NCBI GenBank assembly: GCA_904419145.1 | Contig: CAJFQQ010000007.1 | Span: 481 to 64,480, forward strand | Direction of reading: 5' to 3' | Source: an uncultured Oscillospiraceae bacterium | GTDB taxonomy: Bacteria > Bacillota > Clostridia > Oscillospirales > Oscillospiraceae | DNA length: 64,000 nucleotides | Shown: piece after piece, positions 8,972 to 18,114 of the stretch | How the letters are laid out: the number at the start of each line of letters is the position of its first letter | How positions within the stretch are numbered: position 1 is the first letter of the stretch | The notes under the pieces: generated by a model | What the model was told of the DNA's origin: nothing | What the model saw: the letters and a program-made list of their open reading frames with translations, nothing else | The model's database searches: none | Position numbers and translations under genes: made by a program

Positions 8972-10051
8972 TTAGAGAATCATCAGCTCTTTGGGGAAGT
9001 CTGTCAGGTTTTGGGTTCCCTCCTCGGAGAGAAAAACCATGTCCTCAATGCGCACACCGAATTTGCCTTTCAGATAAATCCCGGGCTCCATAGTGATGAT
9101 GTTGCCTGTCTGGAACACATCGTTGCTGCCCTGGCCGGCCTGCATGCCATCGTGGCACACCAGCCCCACAGAGTGGCCCAGCCCGTGGCCAAAGGTACCG
9201 GCAAATTCGGTGGCATCAATTACCGCCCGGGCGGCCGCATCCACATCATGGCCCACCTTGCCGGGCGCGATGGCGGCAATCCCGGCCAGCTGGGCTTTCA
9301 GGACTGTGGCATAGACCTTTTTCATCTCCTCGCTGGCGTGGCCCAGAGCAAAGGTTCGGGTCATGTCGGAACAGTAGCCGCCCACCTTGACACCGATGTC
9401 CATAGTGATAAAGTCCCCATTTTCAATGGCACGGGATCCGGGAAAACCGTGGGGAAGGGAGGTGTTGGGGCCGCTGAGGATGATGACCGGGAAGGCCAGC
9501 CCCTCTGCGCCGTTTTTATAAAAGCGGTAGATCAGTTCTGCCACCAGATCCTGCTCGGTTACACCGGGGCGGATCAGGGGCAGCAGCTCGTGGAGGGATT
9601 TTTCCACGATCCGCTGGGCGCGGATGGTACACGCCACCTCCTGTGGGAATTTGACCTGACGCAGCGCCTCGATCCGTCCATCCAGCCCGGTGATTTCGAC
9701 AGGCAGCGCTGCCTTCCACCGGGCAAAGGCATCCACCGTCAGGGTGCGGTTCTCCATGGCCACCGACCGGATGCCCCGCCGGACAACCAGATCTTTGAGG
9801 TAGGGGATGAAGCTGCCTTTGCTCATTTCCAGGTGGATACCGGAACCGGCAAAGTGACGCTCGGCATCCTCAATGGTTCGAAAATCAGTGAAGTACCAGC
9901 TCTCCGACGGCGTAACCAGCATGGCGGCGCTGGCAAAAAAGTCTGTCAGATAGAACAGGTTAGTGGAGGAGGTGACGATTGCCGCCTCGATCCCATCCTG
10001 CTTCAGATGCTGTTGGAAGTTGTTCAGTTTTTCAAAGGACGCCATGCCCAA
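8972..10051 (-). CDS. M24 family Xaa-Pro aminopeptidase/dipeptidase
   Basis: 359 aa. Creatinase-like N-domain plus metal ligand motifs (DIGVKVGGYCSDMTRT, HGLGHSVGL, EPGIY). Confidence 0.85.
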   Translation of the reverse strand: MGMASFEKLNNFQQHLKQDGIEAAIVTSSTNLFYLTDFFASAAMLVTPSESWYFTDFRTIEDAERHFAGSGIHLEMSKGSFIPYLKDLVVRRGIRSVAMENRTLTVDAFARWKAALPVEITGLDGRIEALRQVKFPQEVACTIRAQRIVEKSLHELLPLIRPGVTEQDLVAELIYRFYKNGAEGLAFPVIILSGPNTSLPHGFPGSRAIENGDFITMDIGVKVGGYCSDMTRTFALGHASEEMKKVYATVLKAQLAGIAAIAPGKVGHDVDAAARAVIDATEFAGTFGHGLGHSVGLVCHDGMQAGQGSNDVFQTGNIITMEPGIYLKGKFGVRIEDMVFLSEEGTQNLTDFPKELMIL

Positions 10052-10089
10052 TCCTCCCTTTCCAGTTTTTGAAATTGTCGATGGATGGA

Positions 10090-10608
10090 TTAAATCTGAT
10101 CCTTGGCAATGGCCCGGGCCTCGGGGATGATGGAGCCGGAGCCGTGAGCGGCCTCATACTCCTCCTCGGTCACCATGCGCAGGGCGCCGGTGGGGCACAC
10201 CCGGACACAGGCGGGAGTGAGGCCATATTGAAGGCGGAGGTAACATCCGTTGCATTTCTCCATTTTCCCTGCGCTGTTAAATGAGGGGGCCCCAAAGGGG
10301 CAGGCCATGGCGCAGCTGTGACAGCCAATACAGTTGGTGTTGTCATAGACGGTGAGGTCGGTTTCCGGGTCTTTGCGCAGACAGCCTACCGGACAGGCGT
10401 TGATGCAGGGGGCCGGAGAACAGTGCATGCAGGCTACGGAGTAGTGAGTAAAGACCGGCCTGCCGTCGGCATGCTCTGTCTCAAAGATGGTGCGGAAGGG
10501 TGCGCTTCCGGTTTTAGGGTCGTAGTCGTTCTGATCCATACAGGCGATGGCGCATGCGCCGCAGGCGCAGCATTTGCTGGAATCAAAATCCAGAATCATC
10601 TTTTTCAT
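10090..10608 (-). CDS. 4Fe-4S dicluster electron-transfer subunit (DMSO-reductase-family beta-like)
   Basis: 172 aa with four Cys clusters (CCACGACAIAC, CMHC..APC, CIGCHSCAMAC, CVRVCPTG). Confidence 0.85.
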   Translation of the reverse strand: MKKMILDFDSSKCCACGACAIACMDQNDYDPKTGSAPFRTIFETEHADGRPVFTHYSVACMHCSPAPCINACPVGCLRKDPETDLTVYDNTNCIGCHSCAMACPFGAPSFNSAGKMEKCNGCYLRLQYGLTPACVRVCPTGALRMVTEEEYEAAHGSGSIIPEARAIAKDQI

Positions 10609-10614
10609 GGCGCA

Positions 10615-12747
10615 TCATCCTTTCTTGCTGACCCTGCAGCGGTTGGAGCGGCAGGCCGGAAAACCGGAATAGGGGTCCAGCCGGTCGGCGCTGATCAGGC
10701 TGCTGATGTCCGCCTCCCGGTAGCCGTGGTACAGGCTCACCAGCCCCTTCTGGATATGGCGGGAGAGAAGGGCCGCCGCGGTGATGCTCCCCAGGGGGGT
10801 GGAGATCTCCACCGTGTCCTGTTCCAGGATCCCCAGCGCTTGCGCATCCTCTGGGTTGAGCTCGACACAGGCTTTGGGGCGCAAGGTGCGCAGCCAGGGC
10901 ACATCATGGAGCCGGGAGTGGAGGGCAAAGGGAAGCCGCCCGCCGGAGGTCAAGGTCATGGGGTATTCCGCCGGGTCAATATTGTCCAGAGGTTCCCGAT
11001 AGGTGGGAAGGGCATCCAGCCCCCACTCGGGGTGGCCGGCGATGAGCTCGGATTTCAGCTCCAGCTTCCCTGTGGGAGTCTTGAGGCCGCGCCTCAGAGT
11101 GGCCAGGGGCTCGTGGGGCTTGAACTCCGGGACCCTGAGGGGGGTGTCTGCATCCTGCAGAGTCTGCACCGACAGGGAAATAGGGCTGAGAATATATTCC
11201 AGGCACGCCCGATAGCCGGATTTCAGCAGCGTGTCATCCAAATCCATCCGCCGGGCCAGCTCGCACATGACGTCGGCATCCGGGCGAGACTCGTACAGAG
11301 GCTGGATCACCGGCTTGGTATAGTAGGCCCAGCCGCCGGGGTAGGACTTGAACTCCTCCCGTTCAAAGGAGGTGCAGGCGGGGAGCACAATATCCGCGTA
11401 CTTGGCGCAGTCGGTCATGAACAGGTCCATGTCCACATAGAAGTCAACGGTTTCCAGGGCCTTGAGCATCCGTTTGCTGTCGGGGAACATGCGGTTGTTG
11501 ATGCCGAAGCACACCAGGGCCTTCAGTGGATAGGGGGTGCCCTCCAGGATCTGGCGGGACAGGTCCATGGCCTGGGCCTCGTGCTCCAGCTCGTTCCACA
11601 GCGGGAAACGCTGGGCCCCCACAGGGGCGGGCATGTTGAACACCCGGGCCTCCTTGACAAACTCGTGCTCCAGGGTGTGATAGCCGGAAGCCTGATGGGT
11701 GTAAGTGAACTCCACAGGGATCTGTCCACCCTTTACATCGTAGTTCCCGGTGATGATGGCCAGGGACATGATGGCCCGGTAATTCTGCATGCCGTTGATG
11801 TGATGGGCCAGAGGGGCGGAGCTCTCCTTGATGCTCATGGGATGTCCATAGTCATGGATCATCCGGGCGGCCTGCTGTACCTTCTCATAGGGGACGCCGG
11901 TGAGGGCCTCCACATTGGTGCGGTTGAAGCCCCTGCAGTAGGCGGCATATTCCTCGAAACCGTGGACATATTTACTGATGAAATCGTGGTCCACCCAGCC
12001 GTTTTCAATCAGCTCGTTGGCAATGGCCAGGGCCAGGGCGCCGTCGGTGCCGGGCCGGGGCTGCAGGAACAGGTCCGCGATCTTCTCCGCCGTCTGGGTG
12101 TACATGGTGTCCACAATGATGAACTTGACGCCCTTCTTTTTCAGATTTTCCGTGCTGCGGGCGCTGAGGTACCCGGTGTAGTAGGGGTTGTGGGCCCAGC
12201 CCAGGAAGAGCCTGCTGTTTTTCATGTCCGGGCGGCTGGGCGTAGCCGCGGCCACCTTCCAGGCCATGAGTCCCGAGGTGAAGCAGGAGCTGGACTCGGT
12301 GCCGTAGTTAGGCGTGCCGAAGGAGTAGGCCAGGCGCTGGAGGATGGGGCGGAACCACTTGGTGTAGCCGCCGAAGAAAAAGACGGACTGGGCGCCGTAT
12401 TGGGCCTTATATCCCTGGAGCTTCTTTGCGATGGTATCCAGGGCCTCGTCCCAGGTGATGGGTTCGTACTGCCCGCTGCCCCGGGGACCGGTCCGCTTCA
12501 GGGGCGTCTTGATGCGGTCCTCCCGGTAGACATATTGCCGGTTGGATGCCCCCTTGGTGCAGAGCAATCCCTGGTTCAGAGGATGGTTTTCGTCTCCCTC
12601 CACCTTGATGATCACGCCGTCCTTCACATAGCAGTTGACGCCGCAGTGGGAGGTGGGGGAACAGATATCACACAAACTGTGCCGGATTTCGATGCCGGTC
12701 TCCGCACAGGGAATCTTTGCCTTCAGAAGCTCTTCCTTAGTTGCCAT
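10615..12747 (-). CDS. molybdopterin (bis-MGD type) oxidoreductase catalytic subunit, cytoplasmic
   Basis: Start taken at ATG 12747 (AGGAGG SD). N-terminal FeS motif CDICSPTSHCGVNC. Molybdopterin oxidoreductase and C-terminal MopB-barrel-like regions are present. No twin-arginine signal is seen. Confidence 0.85.
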   Translation of the reverse strand: MATKEELLKAKIPCAETGIEIRHSLCDICSPTSHCGVNCYVKDGVIIKVEGDENHPLNQGLLCTKGASNRQYVYREDRIKTPLKRTGPRGSGQYEPITWDEALDTIAKKLQGYKAQYGAQSVFFFGGYTKWFRPILQRLAYSFGTPNYGTESSSCFTSGLMAWKVAAATPSRPDMKNSRLFLGWAHNPYYTGYLSARSTENLKKKGVKFIIVDTMYTQTAEKIADLFLQPRPGTDGALALAIANELIENGWVDHDFISKYVHGFEEYAAYCRGFNRTNVEALTGVPYEKVQQAARMIHDYGHPMSIKESSAPLAHHINGMQNYRAIMSLAIITGNYDVKGGQIPVEFTYTHQASGYHTLEHEFVKEARVFNMPAPVGAQRFPLWNELEHEAQAMDLSRQILEGTPYPLKALVCFGINNRMFPDSKRMLKALETVDFYVDMDLFMTDCAKYADIVLPACTSFEREEFKSYPGGWAYYTKPVIQPLYESRPDADVMCELARRMDLDDTLLKSGYRACLEYILSPISLSVQTLQDADTPLRVPEFKPHEPLATLRRGLKTPTGKLELKSELIAGHPEWGLDALPTYREPLDNIDPAEYPMTLTSGGRLPFALHSRLHDVPWLRTLRPKACVELNPEDAQALGILEQDTVEISTPLGSITAAALLSRHIQKGLVSLYHGYREADISSLISADRLDPYSGFPACRSNRCRVSKKG

Positions 12748-14014
12748 AAGTGCCTCCTTCCAGTAAGCGCAGGAACGCCTCGCTGAGTCCCTCCCGCAGC
12801 AGCACGCCCCGCTGCATCTCCGAAATGGTGTGGCCGCCGTGCTCAATCACGGCAAGAATGTGATTTTTAAGGATGCCGCTGATGCGGTAGTTGCCCAGGA
12901 TATTGATGCCGGCCAGTCTGTGGTCCTGCAGCACTGCCTGGACATAGAGCCCCTTCTCCTTGTTTTCAAAGGTGACCGTTTCGCCGGTGATGCGGTTATC
13001 GCCAAAGCCAATGAAATCCATGTGGAAGAAGTGCGTGATATTGTGGAGAATATTGCCGCGGAAGGCACTGGAGCTTCCGGCCATATTGGCCCCGGCCGTG
13101 TGCCCCTGATAGGCGGCGTTGGCCCACAGGCCGATGATCATGGTCTGCCCGCTCTGCAAATTGCAGCCCTCGCAGCAGTCTCCGGCGGCGTAGATGCCGG
13201 GAGCGGATGTCTCCATCTTCTCGTTGATCACGATACCCCGGTTGACCTGGATGCCTGCGTTGACGGCCAGTTCTGTGGCTGCCCGGGTGCCGATGCACAG
13301 GGCTACCAGGTCGGCGGGGAGGACGGTTCCGTCGGAAAATTCCACGGCGGCCGCCATTTCACTGCCTGCGCGGACGGCGGACAGGCCGGAGCGGAACCGG
13401 AGCTCCACGCCGTCGGCAGCAAGCTGCCGCTCAATCCTCTTGGCGGTTTCGGGATAGGCCGCAAGCGGGAAAATGTGAGGGGCCATATCCGCCAGCACCA
13501 CATGGACGCCGTTGTTATGAAGGACCTCCGCCACCTTGATGCCGGCCATGGACGCGCCGATCACGACAGCCTGCTTCAAATCCCGCTCCTCCAGGATTTG
13601 CTTCAGCGCCCGTGCGTCGTCCAGCGTACGCATGGAGACAGTGGCCTCGGGACATTCGATGGGGATGGGCGGAGTGAAGGAGCGGGCCCCGGTGGCCAGC
13701 AGGATCTTGTCATAGGAGCGCTTCGTCCCATCCTCCAGCGTCAGCGTACGGGTATCCGCATCCAGGGCAGTGATCCGCGAGTTGGAAAAAATTTCGGCGC
13801 GATAGGCGGTGCGGATGGTGTCCAGATCCCCGAAAGGGAACATACCCTCATAGCACAGGCGGTTGGAGGCGTAGTAGGTGGTCAGCATCGGGTTATATGG
13901 GGCATCGGCGTGCTCGGAGTAGACGTGGATGGTGCCGGTCTGGTCGGCATCCCGAATGGCCGAGAGGGCATGAAAGCCTGCGCCGCCGAAGCCGATAATT
14001 GCATAAGTAGCCAT
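12737..14014 (-). CDS. FAD-dependent pyridine-nucleotide-disulfide-family oxidoreductase
   Basis: 425 aa. GFGGAG and GASMAG dinucleotide-binding motifs and AAGDC are present. Its 3' end overlaps the Mo-subunit start by 11 nt. Confidence 0.85.
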   Translation of the reverse strand: MATYAIIGFGGAGFHALSAIRDADQTGTIHVYSEHADAPYNPMLTTYYASNRLCYEGMFPFGDLDTIRTAYRAEIFSNSRITALDADTRTLTLEDGTKRSYDKILLATGARSFTPPIPIECPEATVSMRTLDDARALKQILEERDLKQAVVIGASMAGIKVAEVLHNNGVHVVLADMAPHIFPLAAYPETAKRIERQLAADGVELRFRSGLSAVRAGSEMAAAVEFSDGTVLPADLVALCIGTRAATELAVNAGIQVNRGIVINEKMETSAPGIYAAGDCCEGCNLQSGQTMIIGLWANAAYQGHTAGANMAGSSSAFRGNILHNITHFFHMDFIGFGDNRITGETVTFENKEKGLYVQAVLQDHRLAGINILGNYRISGILKNHILAVIEHGGHTISEMQRGVLLREGLSEAFLRLLEGGTYGN

Positions 14015-14037
14015 TTGTGTTCAGCAGCTCCTTCCTG

Positions 14038-15225
14038 TCAGAATTGAGGGAAATGAGCCCGATGCATCTGCACCAGCTGGTCCAGAGCCCGGTTGAGCAG
14101 CTCCCTGCGGCAGCCGATGTTCATACGCATAAAGCCGTCGCCGCCGGAGCCGAAGTGCCAGCCGTCGTTCATGCCCAGGTGCCAGGTATGTACCAGCTCA
14201 TTGTGGAGAGCATCGTTGGCGAGACCAAAATCCCGGAAGTTCAACCACATCAGGAAGGTTCCCTCATGGCGGGCAGGTACAATATGGGGAGCCTCCTCCC
14301 GCAGCCGTTTCTGCACAAGCGCCGAGTTTTCCTCCAGGTAGCGCAGCTGAGCATCCATCCAGTCACCGCCATGGGTGTAGGCCGCCGCTGAAGCCACCAA
14401 ACCTAAAACGTTGGGGTTGATAAGCCAGGCGGTGCGGAGTTGATCCAGAAGCCGTTGGTTCAGCGTGCTGTCCGGGACCAGTGTTGTGGAGACAGAGAGC
14501 CCGGAAACATTGAAGGTCTTTCCAGGGGCGATGCAGCAAATAGCCAGAGGATGGATCTCCGGGAAGGCCAGAATGGACGTATAATGATTTCCAAATAGCG
14601 CAAAATCGCAGTGGATTTCATCAGAAATCAAATAGACGTGGTATTTGACGCACAGCTCCACCAGCTGTTTGAGCTCACCGGCGGTCCACACACGGCCTAC
14701 CGGATTGTGGGGGTTGCACAGCAGCATGAGACGAACACCGCCGCGGAACTGGGACTCCAGATCCGTAAAATCCATGGCATAGGAATTGCCGACAGGCTGC
14801 AGAGGGCTCTCTACCACAGTTCGTCCAGTACCCTCGGCAATGGCGTGGAACGGATCATACACCGGCGTCTGGATCAGCACCTTATCGCCGGGCTTTGTCA
14901 GAGCCTGGATTCCATAGCTGAGGGACGTCACAACCCCACAGGCGGGACGCATCCACTCCCTCTGGATCGTCAGGTCATGCCGTGTTTTGAACCAATGGAT
15001 GATGCTGGTATAGTAGTCCTCGGCGGCAAAGCTGTATCCCAGAACGGGATGCGCGCACCGGTGCTCAATGGCTTTTATTACCTCCGGTGGGCAGGGGAAA
15101 TCGGTGTCTGCAATCCAAAGAGGCAGGATGTCCTCCTCCTGGAATTTACCCTTTCGGCGGTCCCACTTGAGGCAGCAGCTGCCCTCCCGGTCAATGGGAG
15201 TATCGAAATGAAATGTTGCGTTCAT
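14038..15225 (-). CDS. PLP-dependent MalY/PatB-type C-S lyase (second paralogue)
   Basis: 395 aa. REGSCCLKWD, CNPHNPVGR and APGKTFNVSG (PLP Lys). AAGGAG SD. Confidence 0.85.
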   Translation of the reverse strand: MNATFHFDTPIDREGSCCLKWDRRKGKFQEEDILPLWIADTDFPCPPEVIKAIEHRCAHPVLGYSFAAEDYYTSIIHWFKTRHDLTIQREWMRPACGVVTSLSYGIQALTKPGDKVLIQTPVYDPFHAIAEGTGRTVVESPLQPVGNSYAMDFTDLESQFRGGVRLMLLCNPHNPVGRVWTAGELKQLVELCVKYHVYLISDEIHCDFALFGNHYTSILAFPEIHPLAICCIAPGKTFNVSGLSVSTTLVPDSTLNQRLLDQLRTAWLINPNVLGLVASAAAYTHGGDWMDAQLRYLEENSALVQKRLREEAPHIVPARHEGTFLMWLNFRDFGLANDALHNELVHTWHLGMNDGWHFGSGGDGFMRMNIGCRRELLNRALDQLVQMHRAHFPQF

Positions 15226-15303
15226 GGCGCAGGATCTCCTTATTTATTTGAATCAGTATTGAGATTATCATACCGTCTAAATGGTTCCCGTGTCCAATAC
15301 TAA

Positions 15304-15335
15304 CTCATAATTAATTGATTATAGAAATGTATGAA
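15304..15335. promoter_or_regulatory. candidate LysR-type operator (CTCATAA-N8-TTATAGA plus gTATGAA half-site)
   Basis: Inverted repeat in the AT-rich divergent region between the Mo-enzyme operon and the LysR gene. The same architecture recurs at 16545-16577. Confidence 0.4.
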
Positions 15336-15547
15336 TGGATCATTTTGAAAAGAAATTTGGGAAATAATGTAAAATTTTTGTAAAATTCAACAATTTTTTA
15401 AGTTAAAAAATGGCGCGTGCAGCTACCTGCCGGAGCAAAGACACGGAACGATGCGCTATATGCAGATGCCGCCGGAAACTCCGACTTGCGAAGCCTATAG
15501 ACGAATGCTATAATGATGAAATTAAAACAAGAGGGGCGGTGTGAAGC

Positions 15548-16453
15548 GTGGATCTTGTGCAGCTCAGATATTTTATGACAGTGGCGGAGGCCGGTCACTT
15601 GACCAATGCGGCAAAAAAGCTGAATGTGGCACAGCCTGCTTTGAGCGTCAGCATTGCCAGGCTGGAAAAGGAGGTCGGCGTCCCGTTGTTTGATCGGGTG
15701 GGCCGGAATATTTATCTGAATAAATGCGGGGAAATTTATCTGGAATATGTGGAACAGGTGCTGGATATTATGAATCGAGCACAGAAAGAAGTGGACACCT
15801 ATTGCCAGAAACTGGAAAATGTACTGAATCTGGGTATTGTCAGCAAGCCGTTCTCATGGCAAATTTTATCTGCGTTTAAGGAGCGTTATCCGGACAGCAA
15901 GATCCGCCAGGTAGAGATTGGGGCTGACAGCGTGGAGGAGGAGCTGCGTAAGGATGAGGTGGATTATGTGATCTCCAGCTGCCTGAATTCAGCTCCAGGC
16001 ATTGTGGCAGAGGTGATCTGGGAGGAAACCATGGTGCTGGCGGTACCGGCGGGCCATCCGCTGGCAAATCGGGAATGGGTTCGCCTGAAGGACGCCCGCA
16101 ACGAGGAATTCATCAACCTGCCAAAGGCCTATGAATACCGTACGATCACTGACGCCATGTGTCAGGATTCCGGCTTTACGGCCAATGTGACAACAGAATG
16201 CTTTCACTGCTACATGACAGAGATGATTGCAGCCGGCAAAGGCGTAGCGCTGATGACGCGGGGAAGGGCAATCCAGAATGCCGGGAATCCGCAGGTCGTT
16301 TTTATCCCGATCAAGGAACCGGAATACACCAGAAACCACTACATTATGTGGAAAGCCGGGCATCACTTTAATAAGATGGCCCGGGAATTTAGAAAATTCC
16401 TGCGGGCATACTATGAAGAACATATGGATGGCGAGGGGTTCAGCTGTATTTGA
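15548..16453 (+). CDS. LysR family transcriptional regulator
   Basis: 301 aa with a GTG start. N-terminal HTH: LVQLRYFMTVAEAGHLTNAAKKLNVAQPALSVSIARLEKEVG. Confidence 0.9.
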   Translation: MDLVQLRYFMTVAEAGHLTNAAKKLNVAQPALSVSIARLEKEVGVPLFDRVGRNIYLNKCGEIYLEYVEQVLDIMNRAQKEVDTYCQKLENVLNLGIVSKPFSWQILSAFKERYPDSKIRQVEIGADSVEEELRKDEVDYVISSCLNSAPGIVAEVIWEETMVLAVPAGHPLANREWVRLKDARNEEFINLPKAYEYRTITDAMCQDSGFTANVTTECFHCYMTEMIAAGKGVALMTRGRAIQNAGNPQVVFIPIKEPEYTRNHYIMWKAGHHFNKMAREFRKFLRAYYEEHMDGEGFSCI

Positions 16454-16488
16454 GAGACGCAGAGCGGCTGGGCTGCATCCTGATGGAA

Positions 16489-16540
16489 GGAAAACCGCAC
16501 AGACGATTCATTTTGGATCGCCTGTGCGGTTTTCCTTCTG
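16489..16540 (+). terminator. probable terminator after the LysR gene
   Basis: GGAAAACCGCACAG ... CTGTGCGGTTTTCC stem with a large loop, followed by TTCTGT. Confidence 0.45.
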
Positions 16541-16544
16541 TAAA

Positions 16545-16577
16545 TTCATAACAGATAAATTATGAACTAATTATGAA
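16545..16577. promoter_or_regulatory. candidate LysR-type operator (TTCATAA-N8-TTATGAA plus TTATGAA half-site)
   Basis: 7-nt inverted repeat with an 8-nt spacer and a third half-site 11 nt further on. It lies upstream of the ABC importer operon. Confidence 0.4.
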
Positions 16578-16683
16578 TATGTATTAGACGCAGAACCGGA
16601 TTTGCGATACATTATTTCCATTAAAATTGTGAAATAGACAGGCCCAGGCAAAGGCTGGCAAAATTTACCAGGAGGGAGTATGT

Positions 16684-18102
16684 ATGAAGGAAAAGCTTGA
16701 TAAACTGATTGGCCGGGCATTTGGCAAACCGCTTTATCGGATTGCTGTTATCCTGCTGGGGTTGCCTACAATGCTTGTGGCATTCGTCATGTTCCTGGCG
16801 ACTGGCGGACGGGACAAGGAAGAAAATCAGAAGTATATGTCCCAGGTGCGGGACGCAGCGGAACAGGATGGAAGCCTATCCAGGATCCGGAAAAATGCGG
16901 AGGCCTACCTGACCAAGAAATATGAGCACTTTGGGAAAAACACGGCAGATGCTGAATTCCGTAAGGAACTGGAAAAGCAGATAAAAGAGGACGAGGACGC
17001 AGAGATCGCCTCCCGGATGGACGCCCTGTATCACAGTATGGGCAAAGAGCGCCGGCGCAGTTTTACCCAGTTCCTTTGTAAAGCGCTGGACAACAAAGCG
17101 CTGCTGGTGCTCTCTGTGCTCTCCTCTCTGCCCATGTATCTGCTGCTGCTGATTTTCTCCAACCCTTACACCCGCTATATTTTTGAGCGGCTGATTATGA
17201 TGGTGTTTGTGGCTTTCGGTGTGGTGCTGGTGGTATTTACCATTCTGCACTTCGCCTCCTCTGATCCGGCGGCCAACGTTTTGGGCGAGACGGCCAGCCA
17301 GGAGCAGATCGACGACTTCAACCGCGTCCACGGACTGGACCAGCCCTATATCGTACAGCTGTGGAACAACTTCAAGAAGCTGGCCACCTTTGACCTGGGC
17401 AACTCCTACTCGGGCAACGAGGATGTCATGGATGCCATTCTGAGAAGATTCCCGGTAACCATTGAGCTGACAGTATATGGATTCCTGATTGCTGTAGCCA
17501 TATCCCTGCCCATCGGCATCATCTCGGCCGTCAAGCCCAACACAGCCTTTGACTATATTTTCATGTTCCTGGCTCTGGTTGGTTTGTCCCTGCCGGCATT
17601 CTGGTTTGGCATGATGATGATTCTGAATCTTTCGATCAATCATCATATTCTTCCGTCAAGTTATGTCCCAGGTGTCTTTATATCGCTGTTGATGCCCGCG
17701 CTGGTAACCGGGACGCGCCTGGCGGCGACGTTAACCCGGAATACCCGGTCGGCCCTGCTGGAAGTCCTGAACCAGGACTACATCGTGACCGCCAAGGCCA
17801 AGGGATTGAGCAAGGCCCGTGTCATCATCAAGCACGGCCTTGGCAATGCTATGATCCCCATTGTTACTGTAGCCGGCCTGCAGTTCGGCGGTTCCCTGGG
17901 CGGTTCTGCAGTGATTGAGCAGGTATTCAATATTCAGGGTATTGGCAGCTATATCATTGACAAGCAGTTCCTGCCGGATATTCCTGCCATCCTGGGAGGC
18001 GTGGTCTACGTTTCCATCATCATCAGCGTGGTAAACCTGCTGGTGGATCTGCTGTATGTATGGCTGGATCCCCGGATCAAGTCCAGACTGAAGAGTCAGT
18101 AA
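16684..18102 (+). CDS. peptide ABC transporter permease (OppB/DppB-like) with about 150-aa N-terminal extension
   Basis: 472 aa. The C-terminal about 320 aa carry the typical DppB motifs (TAKAKGLSKARVIIKHGLGNAMIPIVT). The N-terminus adds a TM segment and a charged region. Confidence 0.85.
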   Translation: MKEKLDKLIGRAFGKPLYRIAVILLGLPTMLVAFVMFLATGGRDKEENQKYMSQVRDAAEQDGSLSRIRKNAEAYLTKKYEHFGKNTADAEFRKELEKQIKEDEDAEIASRMDALYHSMGKERRRSFTQFLCKALDNKALLVLSVLSSLPMYLLLLIFSNPYTRYIFERLIMMVFVAFGVVLVVFTILHFASSDPAANVLGETASQEQIDDFNRVHGLDQPYIVQLWNNFKKLATFDLGNSYSGNEDVMDAILRRFPVTIELTVYGFLIAVAISLPIGIISAVKPNTAFDYIFMFLALVGLSLPAFWFGMMMILNLSINHHILPSSYVPGVFISLLMPALVTGTRLAATLTRNTRSALLEVLNQDYIVTAKAKGLSKARVIIKHGLGNAMIPIVTVAGLQFGGSLGGSAVIEQVFNIQGIGSYIIDKQFLPDIPAILGGVVYVSIIISVVNLLVDLLYVWLDPRIKSRLKSQ

Positions 18103-18114
18103 GGGGTGGGGCAG

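Noticed and set aside
10318-12786. 822-aa + strand ORF.
   Set aside because: It is a shadow ORF antisense to the molybdopterin oxidoreductase gene. The product is Gly/Ala/Val/His/Pro-rich low complexity, with no SD and no motifs. Long antisense ORFs are expected in GC-rich DNA. The same reasoning applies to 8813-10072, 12830-14047, 3184-4254, 19440-20408, 20466-21686, 22211-23323, 25622-26554, 29357-30775, 38383-39747, 41763-42791, 57519-58685, 59156-60094 and 61595-63013.
12748-12846. 33-codon N-terminal extension of the Mo-oxidoreductase ORF (MSTAATPFRRCSGACCCGRDSARRSCAYWKEAL), considered as a possible Tat or other signal.
   Set aside because: It has no SD and overlaps the 3' end of the upstream flavoprotein gene by about 110 nt. 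The sequence is Cys/Arg-rich and not signal-like. The internal ATG at 12747 has an AGGAGG SD. I also looked for an in-frame TGA (selenocysteine) in this gene. The ORF is continuous, so there is none.
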